From Octopus sinensis (lineage: Eukaryota), in the NCBI RefSeq assembly GCF_006345805.1, contig NC_043002.1, forward strand, positions 17,546,001 to 17,610,000: a DNA stretch of 64,000 nt, read 5' to 3'. Positions 10,607-23,900 of the stretch are shown here, piece after piece. Position 1 is the first letter of the stretch; each line of letters opens with the position of its first letter. Under the pieces are notes generated by a model. That model ran no database searches and was not told where the DNA came from. It worked only from the letters and a program-made list of their open reading frames with translations. Both the position numbers and the translations under genes were made by a program.

Positions 10607-12300
10607 GGTTTCAGTAATTTGACTTTGGCCATGCTGGAGCACCGCCTTATACTACTTTCAGTTTTCTTGCCGTTGAAGTTGGTCTATGATTGAATTTGTA
10701 GCAGCTGACCATCTCTGAATACATCCTAAATGGTTGGCTTGTCCGCTATCTTTGTTATGAGCTTATAGAATGTGATTTTGTATGTTTCAGTAGATGTTCC
10801 TTTTAAAAAACTAATCTCTTTAAGTCAGCAGTGGCAAATTTGCGGACCATTACATGTCAGACTGCTACAAAATAGTCGTTTTGCTCTGATTTTGAACTAC
10901 TACAAAATTGTATTTTTGCTGTGATCTTGAAGGTGGTATGTTTGGAATCACACAGTATCTACCAGTTCGTGCACCAAAATAATCTCTGATGCTGGATCTT
11001 CAAACGTGCCCCTCCAGGATTTTCTATATGTATATGATAGGTATATTTCCCTTTTCGGCGTTCGAGTGAACAGAGACGCTGAGTAGAGAAGTTCCCAGTA
11101 ATTAAGGCTTTAAACCGTAATTAGTAGCGAATGTTCATTATAATCCTTCAATTTCTTGTATGAAACTGGATGTGTTGGGAAGCAGTAATCTAATCTTTTC
11201 AGAACAAGTGTTTTCCATAGCTCTCGCATAAATGCCAGTTCTCTTACCACGAGGGTTCGTTGGATCCAAGCTATGAGATGCCTGCATTTAGAAGATTAGT
11301 TTGCGGCTGATGAAAGAGGCATCATTTGATATAATTACTCTGAAGTCCCAGAGTTCATTAGCGCTCAGAATCATTGTATTGTCTGGTGCCAAATAGTGTG
11401 ATCTGTTTGTATTCCCTTCGTAGTTAAGAATCTGAAAGTTTGATACATATTGAATTTCATATTATTTTCATCTGCCCTTTGATAGACGGGGTTCAGCTCA
11501 TTTCGAAGTGTGAGGTTGTCTTCTGGTGTTTAGAGAGCCATCGATTTTTTTTTTTGTATCGTCGGTATAATTATTTAGGTTGGACGACTGCAGATGTGAC
11601 ACTGATAGGTGATGATAAATAATAATGGTGCTAGAATCGTGCCCTAAGGTATAGCAGATGTTGCAGATGACTTAGCACAGAGAAAAAGTATTCGCAGCAA
11701 CAGATTAAATCCTATTACATTGGATGTCAAAGAGACACTATCTGAGTTTCTGTGATACCAAGATCTCTTAAAATATGACAGGTGATTCCATGGACAACTT
11801 GCCAAACGCCTTAGCAAAATCAGCGTATAGGCAGTCTGTGTCCTTTTCTCTCAGGTGATTATTGAGGGTAGTGTCAGTTGTGGCAGGTAACTTTGTCCAG
11901 TCCGAAAACCATGTTGTGTGTCACCAAATGTATGCAATTATCATTTTTTTCGGACAATGGGTTTGATAATTTTGTATGTGTAAGATATGAGCGAAACAGC
12001 TCTGTAGTTTTTAGCTTCAGCCATGCTATCTCCTTTTTGTATAGATGTTACTATTGCGTCTTTCGGGAGTTCTGGGAAATAGTATCTTTAATGATTTCGC
12101 GAGGCTGTTTTTGTTCGTTTTACCAGTATGTCTTCGGGACCATCCGGTCTAAATGCTGAGTTTGAATCTAGGTCAACAACAGCTGTGTGTATATCATCAT
12201 CTATAATATTGTTAATTTCTCGATGTGCCTCTGCAGTTGAGGTTTGACGATCAAAGACTTCATTTGGCTTATGATCTATTTTGCTAAATATAAGTTATAA
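10607..12300 (-). mobile_element. CR1/Jockey-type LINE relic (RT domain to 3' end)
   Basis: Minus-strand motifs with stops and frameshifts: QKGDSMAEAKNYRAVSLIS, QHGFRTGQSYLPQL, CLYADFAKAF, IP*GTILAPL, YTDDTK, SLERR, TNSIIDQ. Confidence 0.85.
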
Positions 12301-13454
12301 TGTTTAATATAGTTATAATGTTGGCTCATGGGTGCGCATATTTGTAATGAGTCAATAGAATATAATGCATTTTGATCTATTAGAGGGCCAGTCTGGTTAT
12401 GTGCAGATGATTTTTGTTTTTGCAAATTAGAGAAAGAACTTAAAATTTGATTTTAGAATTTCAGTGTTCCCTTAACAAAGTTTCTTCGGTTCAGAGGGCT
12501 GTTGAATGTCATGTTTAACAGATTGCCATTTGAAGTAATATTGAGGAGTATCCATTGCTGATGGTTAAGGTATTGTTGTACCTGTTGCTGGTTCTGTTGT
12601 TGATGTTACTGTTGTCGTCGTCGTCGTCGTCGTCGTTATTGTTGTTGCTGTTGTTGGTGGTGGTGGTGGTGGTGGTGGCAGCGTCGGTGGCGTCGGTGCT
12701 ATTGTTGTTTTTGTTTTTGTTGTTCAACTGTAGTAGGCGGAAATACATGCTGGAGTTTCTGAAAATGCTTGGGAATTATTTTAAACGTGATCTACTTCTC
12801 CGATAGGTTGTTGAACAGTTTGACAGTTCTTTTGACAATACAATTCAGACGTGAAGCGTCTGTTTTCAGTCTGGGAAAGACAAAACTATTTCTGAGTTGA
12901 TTTCATTCTTAAACCACATTTGTTTATTTTAGACGTGTTGTGTATGCAGGAGTCCGTGTGGCAGTATGACGTTGATACATATCAGTGGAAGAAAAAAAAT
13001 GCGTGAATGTCTATGGGCGAGTGCGAACGGGCGTGTGAGAAAGTATGAATCTGTGAGATCAATTTATTTATAAAAAGCAGGAAATATTGATTGTGAAATC
13101 AGGGGTATGTGTTCTCAATAAATTGCTCGTATCGTAGAGTTTAAAACTAATCTTGAGGTGTTTGCAGGCACTGCTAATTTCTATTTGTTTCTTCACACGG
13201 TATATTAATTTATTTTCCCTTTCACAGTCAGCTTTATCGCCTATTGTTTACAAAGTCGTGGATTTCAAAGTTTTCTTCTTTTTTTTTCATTTCAATAGCT
13301 GTTCTAAGTTGGGTTCTTACTCGTCGACTGCTCAGTACCTTGATGAACACCGCTACCCACTACCTTCCAAATAGTCTAATATGTTATACCTGCCGCATTT
13401 CTGAAGAAATCGAATTCATTAAGTCTAAATTCTGATACTCATTGATTTAGTAAA

Positions 13455-13766
13455 TCACCGTGATCACTGTGACCGACCAGGCTATCAGATGTTGCTACAC
13501 ATCGCTGGTCACAATGAGCTTCACATTGTTTTAGCCTTCAAATGACGCCACCCCGCTGGCTAAGCGAGCAGGCCACCAGATGAAAGAGTGAGAGAAATTT
13601 GTGGCAAAAGAGTACAGCAGGGATCGCCACCACCACCTGCCGGAGCCTCGTGGAGCTTTAGGTGTTTTCGCTCAATAAACACTCACAACACCCGGTCTGG
13701 GAATCGAAACCGCGATCCTACAACCGCGATTCCGCTGCCCTAATTACTGGGCCATTGCGCCTCCAC
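13455..13766 (-). mobile_element. tRNA(Arg)-like SINE (resembles the octopus OR type)
   Basis: Head gtggaggcgcaatggcccagtaattagggcagcggaatcgcgg...ggtttcgattccc followed by a non-tRNA body. The family name is from recollection. Confidence 0.75.
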
Positions 13767-14798
13767 AATTTTGTAAATAGGTTCCTATAAATACACGAAT
13801 GTTATGAACCATTGACCAACTTGTACAGTCACTGAATACATTTAAACATACTCTGTTATTAGCATTTTGATTGCTACTGGGAGTAATTCCTAATTCTCAA
13901 TTTTCTCTTATCAAGATCTCCATAATCTTTATGCATTTATTCTAATTTGTCTCGTTCCCTTTTCAGCTATAAACTCCATTTGAGGGTGTATGTCCGTTCG
14001 CGTCCATAATAAAACTGCAGGAAAAAATGTGTGCTAAAATAAAGAGAGAGTTTTAAGATATGTATTCAGACGGTTAAGCGTGTGTGTGTGTTGGACTGCC
14101 TATCAATATACGTACGTAGATATAATGTAAATATATGTACATTCTTCCTTATTGAATGCTATTGAGAGGGCTTTATTATCTGCTTGTCTGTTGCTTAACA
14201 AGTCTATTTCTCTAGCAGTCTCTATAGGATAGTTCGCTGCTTAAATCTGTGTTGTTTTCTAATCGTATTAAATCACACATGAATAGTTTTCACGATGAAC
14301 TTATCTAAAACACACACACAGGTTTAGAAAAAAAAAATTTTACAGATATGCGCACACGCAGAAATACACACTCACACACACACACACACCCAAACATACA
14401 CATACACACACACGTAAAGAAACAATAACAGGCGCACACTTATACCAATATATACATAAATGCGCATTTCGAGATGGAACTAAGTTTAACATATTTAATA
14501 TTCCACTTGTTCTTTTCAGACAAAATACTTTTGTTTACGGTGGCTGTCACTACCGATGTATATCTGATATTCAATGAAGCGATGCAGCTCAGGATACACT
14601 AGCAAAACTGGCTATGCATACCCGCTATTTGCTATATACAGCAATAGTACTACATATAAGAAAAGTAGAATGGTCGCATGTAAATATGAATGCATATTAT
14701 GCATACATATATGGACTTAGACAACCGTGCATATGTATATATTCACGCTACATAAGTGCATTAGACAGTCACACACACACGCACAACGTTATATACCC

Positions 14799-14958
14799 GG
14801 ATATGTCTCCAGCAATAATAACTCTTTGCTAGAGTAGGCCATGGTGCTTCATATATGACCAAAAGACTTCGCCAAGTGGTGCTATTAAGTTAGACATGGT
14901 CTGGGGCTATACTGGCCGAAACCTATCGAAGTTATCAAAGTTAACATTCCTTCCCCTA
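14799..14958 (+). mobile_element. 5'-truncated 3' tail of the LINE at 15436-16670, in the opposite orientation
   Basis: 160-bp match to the reverse complement of 15436-15595. Confidence 0.85.
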
Positions 14959-15048
14959 GCTCACACCTACCTATTTGATCTTGTGTACATACGTTCTCGC
15001 ACAAACGCACAAACACACACACACACACACACAGACATACACATATAC

Positions 15049-15157
15049 ATCGACTCCAGTACGAAACTGGTACCTAAGTTATTGACCCCGAAGGGATGAA
15101 AGGCAAAGTCGACCTCGGCGGAATTTGAACTCGGAACGTAACGGCAGACGAAATAAC
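15049..15157 (-). mobile_element. SINE family 1 fragment
   Basis: gatgaaaggcaaagtcgacctcggcggaatttgaactc core. Confidence 0.85.
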
Positions 15158-15435
15158 ATTTAACAAATATATTTAACAAAGTCAGGTAGGTAATGAAAGA
15201 GTGAGAGAAGGGGTAGACAGACATACAGATACCGATTGAGCAAGAGAGGGGGAGAGAGAGCGGTGTATATAAAATAGTGTTCCCGAAGAAGAAATTATAA
15301 AGGTAAATGTTGTATTCTATTTCCGATACGTAAGCATCATTCTCATATATTTGTTAAATGCGTGTGTGTATGTGTCCAAATATGTGTGTTTGTGCGCGGT
15401 CGTATGTACACAAACTCAAATAAGTAGGTGTTAAT

Positions 15436-16670
15436 TAGGCGAAGGAATGTTAACTTTGATAACTTAGATAGCTTTCGGCCAGTATAGGCCCAGGCCATGT
15501 CTAACTTAATAGCACCACTTGGCGAAGTGTTTTAGTCATTTATGGGGCCCCATGGCCCACTCTAGCAAAGAGTTATTATTGTTGGAGACATATCCGTTGG
15601 TCCGGCCTTTTTAACGTTGGTCCAGGTTTTTTGAAAAATTTGTCCAGTGAAATTTTGAATTTTGTGGGACCCGTTTCCGTTTTGACGTAGTTTGATATGG
15701 TGTTAAAGAGAGCTGAACCGGTTAAATCAATTGTGACGTAATGTTGCTAGGTGTCCTGAGCTTGATTGTTGTAGTGGACGGATAACACGGCAGCCAATTC
15801 TTCGATGGATATTAAAATTGATGTCAACGTCATTTGTGCAATATTGATGGAATATTTTCCACATCACACAAATGATGTAGCGCTCCCGGCGGCGTTGGAG
15901 AGAATAGAGATTGGGTTTTTTTTTTACTCAACCCCCATGGTCAATGCTGTTCATGTCGTCTATCTTTCTTGTTATTGACCTCTGGAGTGCTTCCACTTTG
16001 AGAATGAGTTGCTTCGTATGGGGAGGCCACAGTGGGCAACAGTATTCAAGGTGGTGTCCACCAAAAGTAGAAAAGAGAAGGATGATGGTGTCGGCATCTC
16101 TTGACCGCAAAGTTCTCAGAATCCAGGAGCACATCTTGCGGTCCAAGACAACCTTCCTGTTTACGCGGGGACTCCAGCTTAGATTGTTATCAACAATTAC
16201 TTCAAGGTCTCTGGTGTTGTTGGATGACTCTACGGAGTCGCCCGAGAGAAGAGCATACGGTAACTTCAGAGTATCCCCTTTTCCAAAGTGGATAAAATCA
16301 AACATATCTCCATTTAGAAGCATATTGTTTGTTTTTTTATCGCCCATTGAAAAACGACAAAGAGATCCGACTGAAGGCATGTTCGGTCTCCCATGGCTTT
16401 CTGGATTTTGGAATCATCTGCAAAGATTGTTAGTGTTGAATGTTTGATGACGTTTACTATGTCATTGATGTAGATAATGAAGAGGAGTTGGCCCAACAGA
16501 GTACCTTGTGGGACACCAAAACTGATTTTGGCTGAGCTGGATCGTATTCCCACAGACACAATATGCTGGGTTCTGTTCGTCAGAAAACACTTTATCCATT
16601 GCAACAGCTTTCCGCGGACTCTTTTGTTGGACGCTTTCTTCAGCAGGATTTAGTGATCCACTATTTCTGT
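15436..16670 (-). mobile_element. CR1/Jockey-type LINE, 5'-truncated (RT C-terminal half plus 3' tail)
   Basis: GKLLQWIKCFLTNRTQ, GVPQGTLLGQLLFIIYINDI, FADDSKI, STFGGHHLEYCCPLWPPH...VEALQR, ERYIICVMWKI. Confidence 0.9.
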
Positions 16671-16862
16671 GAGCAAAACAAAGTGAAAGAGTTGATAATA
16701 AAAGTATTTAATCTAAATATCAACCCTTTTATGTAATGGTGATAAATATTTTTAAAATAAACGTATACATTCTTGTGTTGGCTTCAAAGTTAAGTTACAT
16801 AAAAATTTAAAAAAAGAAGAAAAAAACAGCTACATTAGTTTGATGGATTACTTTATTCATAA

Positions 16863-17422
16863 GGCAGAAACGGGCAAAATGCTTAGCGGTATTTCGTCTG
16901 CCGCTACGTTCTGAGTTCAAATTCCTCCGAGGTCGATTTTGCCATTCATCCTTTCGGGTTCGATTAAATAAATACCAGTTACGCACCGGAGTCGATATAA
17001 TCGACTTAATCCGTTTGTCTGTCCTTGTTTGTCCCTTCTGTGTTTAGCGCCTTGTGGGTAGTAAAGAAATAGGTATTTCGTCTGCCGTTACGCTCTGAGT
17101 TCAAATTCCACCGAGGTCGACTTAGCCTTTCATCCTTTCAGGTTCTATTAAATAAGTACCAGTTACGCACAGGCGTCGATATAATTGACTGAATCCGTTT
17201 GTCTGCCCTTGTTTGCTCTCTCGGTCTTTAGTCCCTTGTGGATAGTAAAGAAATAGGTATTATTTCGTCTGACATTACATCCTGAGCTCAATTCCTGCCG
17301 AGGTCGACTTTGCTTTTCATCCTTTCAAGGTCGATAAATTAAATACTAGTTGTGAACTGGGATCGATCTAATGGACTTGACCCATCGCCCCAAATTTCGG
17401 GCCTTGTGTCTAGAGTAGAAAA
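16863..17422 (+). mobile_element. SINE family 1 trimer with an 18-bp TSD
   Basis: Three units; ggattactttattcataa at 16845-16862 and 17423-17440. Confidence 0.9.
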
Positions 17423-17479
17423 GGATTACTTTATTCATAATTTTGTAGAGCACAAAATTATTATTCTTAAATAGTCTCA

Positions 17480-17606
17480 TGATGATTAAACTGACCGAAA
17501 CTTAGAAGTTACAGTCAATAATATACATGTTGTTTTAGTCAGGCGATGGTGGTGAGTGGGCGAACACAAATGCAGAAATACATGCATACATACATACGTA
17601 CGTACG

Positions 17607-17677
<71 letters not shown>

Positions 17678-17790
17678 GACGGGATTATTTTGGTTTACAT
17701 CTACCAAATATTTGGCAAGGTGACACGCAGTGTGACTTAACCGGGACCATGTGGTGGGCAGGCAAGCTTCTTACTACACATCCATGCTTG
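17480..17790 (-). mobile_element. Degenerate SINE family 2
   Basis: tatacgacgggatt...gaccatgtgg...gcaagcttcttactacaca head on the minus strand, with internal microsatellite. Confidence 0.65.
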
Positions 17791-17881
17791 CGCCAACTGG
17801 TTCAAGAATAAGTATAGGCACATACGCACACACACACACACACACACACCACAAACACAAAGACACACTCACATACACGCG

Positions 17882-17912
<31 letters not shown>

Positions 17913-19529
17913 TTTTGCGCAAAATTTTTGGCACAGTCGAAAATTAAAAATAAAACTCAGCACGAATACGGCACGAGATTGCAGGGTTTGTCAAAGTAAA
18001 ATTATAGAAGAATATAAATGTTTCCTAAGCTCAATAACCATGTGGAATGATGATTTTCTACGTGTGGCAACAACAGCGGTTAGTCTCTCTCTCACAGACC
18101 CAGTTGAGGAAAGAGTCTACGAATCATTAACTCTTTTCTTCACGTCAATGGAATTTATGCAACTTATCTAAGAATCAGGCAGTTTTCTCATTCTCTAACG
18201 ATAGTGAAGGCCATTACTTGCTTCCATAGATGACAATGGATGTCTACTGAAAGCGAAAGCTGTAAGAGTTACGTAGGTACGACTTTTATATAGGTGAGAG
18301 GTAATCGCTATTTGGCAGCTGTGTATGCTCGGTGTGATGTAATAGGCCTGGAAAATGAAAATGAAGTGGTGGATTGTTGTATGATATAGTGATGTGTTAG
18401 GAATAAAATAGGAAACAAATTTAGTATTTTCTTTGCAAGACATAATTACTACCATTTATATAGAAACGAGCGAGAGTTATATCTCCGATATTTTACTTTT
18501 ACATCCACATGTAATATACATCACGTGTTCTTAAATGGATTATTATATTAATATAATCCTTACAAATGCAAAACGAAATGATTTTTCAAGATTTTGATCA
18601 TTGATGTAACTTTATTTTTCTGGTATTATGTTTAATTTTCAAGGAATGGTTAACATTCCATGATTGTGAATGATAAATTGTTATCTTAAAAATATCACAT
18701 ATTATCATAACGTCATAATTTTTGTAAAAATAAAAATCTTGGTTTTCGCATGTTGTGTTTATTAGCGTAGCTTTCCAAAGATAAATTCAGTATTTTCCCC
18801 AAGATAATTTTACTATTTTTACCAAAAATAATTTTACTATTTTTCACAAAGATAATTTTATAATTTTTTCCCTAATTCATTGCATTGAAAACCGCCTTCT
18901 TCAGTTCTATTTTTAAAAGTTTCTATGTTTTATGAAGATTTTTTTTCTCTCTCAGCTGTTAAATGTTTGAAATCTGAAATAACTTATTACAGAATTTACC
19001 AAAAACTTGTTAAGTTTGAAATATTTGATTTGATAGAAATTTGTTATGATTTTTGTAATACTATATTTAATATGATATTATGGAGCAGAAGCATCAAGTT
19101 TAACCTTTTCTTATCCCGTAGTGGTGCCTATGCTTTATTTCTATTTTTGCTGCTAGAGCATTTAAAAACTATATATGTTGCAACACTCAATGTCTTCCAG
19201 TTTGAAGTTCTCTACGCTAATCCGTCATTGAATCACAGATCAGAAGATCATTTATCAAACAGCTTAGTGATGATTTTAAGTCAATTTATGCTACAATTTA
19301 GACGTAAAAAAGGATTTTTAATTGAACGCTCAGTAGTTTAGCAATGTATTGTAGCAATTTAGGAAAGCATTTCATTGAATCTTAATCAGTTAGCATTTAT
19401 ATTAAATAAACATTTCATATATTGCAACATTGCATAATTGATGATAGGAATTAATAGTTAAAAAACAAAGTTTACACATGGAATATATAGACGACTTATG
19501 AGCAACGTAGAGCTATCAAATGTAGCGTC

Positions 19530-19745
19530 CTGCGCATTAACCCATTCCCTCCATCAAATCGTGACACTGCTTGTACAGGGGTTCAAGTGTGCCACACGTC
19601 AGCTGTTATCGAAATGACTGGAGAACAACGCGGAATGTAGTATGTTGGTTAATAAGTTATTGCGTCATCCAGTCCTAGAATAGAACCCACGATCTAGCGA
19701 TCATGAATGCAACACCCTTACCGCTAGACCAAGCATGCAGGCTTG
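19530..19745 (-). mobile_element. Old tRNA-derived SINE (family-4-like)
   Basis: Minus head cttggtctagcggtaagggtgttgcattcatgatcgctagatcgtgggttctattc. Confidence 0.5.
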
Positions 19746-20751
19746 CGTGCACACACGCATCTATATACACATATCTATAAATTTATGTACGAATATCTTT
19801 TTTGTGAAGGCCAGTTTAAATTTGTGCTTGCTTTTATAATGCAAGTCTCTCCACAATCCGTTATGATTTATTTAGTTGTTTATCGTTCCATCTCAAGACA
19901 ATAAGTGTAATTGCAAAGTTGGATTGTATAACATATTTATCGTGTGAAATCAGCTAAATCCTTCGGATCTTATCCTCAGGGCACCGCATTAAATGTTGAC
20001 GAGTGAAACGAAGAATATTTTCGCTTGAATAAGGATCGTAAATCAGATAAATAACATACGTATATGAGGCGCATATCTATTGAAACCTAGGATACCAATC
20101 ATACTGGCGTTATACTGACTTATGATATATCTCCACAGAGGTCCCTGTAAATTCTAATATAAATGTACTCTGTAGCACACAGATAGTTAAATTACCAGGA
20201 AGACATTACATTCATGTACGTGTGCACACTAACATTCTCCAACATAGAACATTGTTAAAATATATCAATTATTATTGCCTTTGCTGTTAATAATTCCTGC
20301 CGTAAGTTCTTGTCACGGTGATTTGTTCGCATAACAAATTTTAACTTTTAACGGCCATATTTAACGATTTAATTTCATGTGCTTTTGAAGGTTTATTGCT
20401 TGCAAGTCCATCAGTATCGTATATAAATATTACATATAACTGGTATATATATATATATATATATATTGTACTGTGAACAAAAACAAACACATTATAATAC
20501 TAAAATTGTTTATCCTCCAAGCGCTCAGTAAATGTCAAATTTTATTGCGGATATACACGTTGTAGCAAAAACCACCACTTCTAGCTTTTCGTTTCATATT
20601 AGCTAGTGATGTTAGGACGGTGATAACGGTGTCTTTATGGAACTTATATTTTACAGAGTTACTTTTGTTACCATGATGATATTGATTGGTTCACACCGCG
20701 CGACCGCAGTTGAAAGGATGCTTCTCAACCTGTATGATATGTAAAGTTCAT

Positions 20752-20933
20752 TTTACTCTGTTACTCTTTTACACCTTTCAGTCATTTTAATGCAGTCGTG
20801 TTGGAGCACCGCCTTTTAGTCGAGCAAATAGACCCCAGGACTTATTCTTTGGATGCCTAGTACTTATTCTATCGGTTTCTTTTGCCGAACTGCTAAGTTA
20901 CGGGAACGTAAACACACCACCATCGGTTGTCAA

Positions 20934-20977
<44 letters not shown>

Positions 20978-21182
20978 TATATATATATATATATATGTGT
21001 ATATATACATACATATATACGACGGGATTCTTTCAGTTTCCGTCTACCAAATACACTCACAAGGCTTTAGTCGGCCCGAGGCTATAGTAGAAGACGCTTG
21101 CCCAAGGATCCATGCAGTGGGAATGAACCCGAAACTATGGGGCTGGTTAGCAAGCTACTTACCACAGAGCCACTTCTGCGCC
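20752..21182 (-). mobile_element. SINE family 2, full length
   Basis: tRNA-like head, ttgggcaag core, internal (TA)/(TG) tract and a 3' tail ggcggtgctccaacacgac...agagtaa. Confidence 0.9.
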
Positions 21183-21679
21183 TTAAAATGTCTTTAAAAT
21201 TACATAATTGATTTATGGTAAAAAAAGTTGTCGTATATGATTCAAAGTGTAAATGATAAAGTTGAGGTTCCAGCATGGGTAAATTTGTGCTTATAATCTC
21301 TTATATAAAGTTTTGGCGTCTTTGATATAACTATTGTCATAGAAACAAACCTGCTCACCGCTGTTCAACATAAAGGCGACGTTTTCTAAGAATGAAAATA
21401 TAGAAATATATATAAAAATTCCCAATAAAATGGTCACAAAATATATGAATATAAAATACAAATTACTACAGTTCCTTAGATTTTCATAATTTTATTCTTT
21501 TTAAACCTGACACTAAAACATCAGCTCACTTTTGTTCATCATAGAAGTAAAGTTGTTTTTTAAGACTGGAAATAGAGTAATTTAGCAAACTGAAATGAAA
21601 AATTTAAAACCAACAAAACTAAAATCTCAAAATGTATAAACCCTAGGAGTGGCTCTGTGGTAAGTAGCTAGCTTCCCGC

Positions 21680-22945
21680 ACGTTCGCGTTGGTGTTGCTT
21701 ATTACAGTGAACCGAGGTGGACGTGAGTGTGTTGGCTCCGTCCAATATTGAACTGAATAAAAAAAAGAACAAAAGCAGCATAAGCTCGTCGAGGTAGGTG
21801 GTTTTGTTTTCGTTTGAGCTGGGTGTAATTCGTCAAATAGTAATTGTTTGTTTGTTGATAAATTTCACCCAGCTCCGAGGCAATTCTGCCTGCTGCCGGC
21901 AGCTGCTGTTTGTTGTTATGTTGTATTGGGAAATAAAGGGGGCGTATTCTCTCCCGAACTTACTGGACTTTGCCATTGAAACTTGTTGGATTACCATTGA
22001 ACCTACGAAGTTGGCCAGGAGTACCTGTTGGCCATTGATGTTTGCTGTGTGAACTGTTTTTCTTTTCTCTATCCTTCTGTTTCTTTTTCTTTCTTTTTGG
22101 TGCTGTTTTTGCCTTTCTTTTGAATTTTATTTTTATTCATATTTTTTAACTGACATATTTATTCCTTTTTGGACTCCTTAATTCATTTGAACTTTTCTTA
22201 TTCTTTTGAATTGACTTTTAACATGACAAATGCAAGAAGTGCATTAGAATGGGAGGTGGTCCCACCTAAGCAATGGATTGAAAGCCTTGAGAGAAGGACG
22301 TGGTACTACGAACCTATTCTAGGTCGTGACGCCATCGCCCTCTTCGACAAAGGTATTATTAATAAAGGGCTGGCAAAATGCTTACCAGCCAAAAATTATT
22401 ACGTAAACAGGAGTGTCAAATACGCCACGGTGTGGCTACTTTCGACACTCCTGAGGAGGCTTCACTGTTGCAGGCCAGCCCCTGGAAGGGGAGGAGATTT
22501 TGTTCCTTCCCCACGTATCGTGGGAAGAAGGTGATAAGGGCCTGGGTATGTGGTCTTCCCTCGGGCACCGAAGCGAGGTGGATTGCAGATGCCATCCGGC
22601 GTGGCCTGGGGGATAGCGGGCCCAGGCTTTTAAATACAGAGACAAAGCCTGCGGTCGACTGGGAGGGTGAAAAGCCACTTTGACCCTATGGACCCCAGTG
22701 CCCGCGGGTGAAATGACTTTCCCTGACTTTTTAAAAATGGATGACTCAAGGTATCCAGTGATACTTGAGGGTCGCCCCCACCCCCATGTGTCACTCGTGC
22801 CTGGAGTCAGGCCACATTAAGAAGGACTGCCTCCGGGGTCGTGGTACGGTCCCAGAGCAGGGAAAGGTGAAAGTGTCCTCCGCTCTTCCATTGCAAGGAG
22901 AAACGGCGGAAGTCGTTAAGGCATCGGTCTCAACGAGAAGGCCAC
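21680..22945 (+). mobile_element. L1/Tx1-type LINE 5' region and gag-like ORF1 relic with CCHC zinc knuckle
   Basis: VIRAWVCGLPSG and YPVILEGRPHPMCHSCLESGHIKKDC (CX2CX4HX4C), frameshifted. Confidence 0.7.
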
Positions 22946-23900
22946 CTCGCCTGCAACTGCAGCAAAAAGTGTGGACTGGAAAAACAGTTTTCATTCAGCG
23001 ACATCACGAGATCAGTTGACATTAGAGTAGATGCAGGAAGATCCAATATTTTGTAATTCCAGATATAACCTTGACGCCAAAGCCGGGACTGCTGGTCGGG
23101 TTGTATTGTTTGAATCGGAGCCTTCCCTTGAATTTTCACAAATTCTTGTCCTTATAAATGTCCTGTGTGGAGACATACACCATTCAAAAATTTTCAACCA
23201 CTTCGTCAACAATAGGACTTATTTTGTGCAGCCTGTTACCTAGTTCTCGCCTGAGTTGAAATGTAGATTTGGAAGAAGCGCCAAAGATCAATCAAGTGGC
23301 ATCATTTCCGGAAAGAAAGGGGGCCACGTAGCTGGATCCCGATTCCAATATGATACCAGGATAGGTTTCTTTACGATGCCTATCAGTATCAGCAGGGCAA
23401 GCAGAATTTTGATATTGTTCACTGTAGTTGGAGACCAATCACTGTCATGCTCGGTTTGACATGCTGGGGATTGTTTCCAGCATAGGTTTTCGTTTCGTCC
23501 GCAATATATTGGAACATTTCATCTCACAGAAACTAATGTAAGATTTCCGATGGGGAACTTCCATGTTTAAGGTTTGTCTTTATGCTAGGCGTACCAGTAA
23601 ACCCATGCCGTCGGTCGAAATTCTCTCTCGCTCGCCACACGACATTCTGGTGTCTAGGGCCATTCGCTGCTGCTCGATTGTCCCTTCGATTCACCAGAAT
23701 ATCATCATCGATATCGGAATCATCTGATTCTGAAGTGCGAAAACACTCGTTCTCCGAGTCATCGTCCGAGCCGGATAAAAAACATCTGGTGAGATGGTGG
23801 AGCGTGGTGTAGCTTGATGCGATGACAGTAAATTTGATGGAACATGACACGACAACGAAGTCGACGGAACCAGAGTGGTTTCTTTTACCCAAAGCCAGGA
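22945..23900 (-). mobile_element. piggyBac transposase relic
   Basis: Acidic N-terminus SDDDSENE, LILIGIVKKPILVSYWNRDP...LHF, RLHKISPIVD, KFKGRLRFKQYNP, GYIWNYKI, FSSP. TIRs and TTAA sites were not identified. Confidence 0.85.

Noticed and set aside
13700-13766. tRNA-like sequences here and at other SINE heads as real tRNA genes
   Set aside because: No complete acceptor stem, and each continues into a SINE body.
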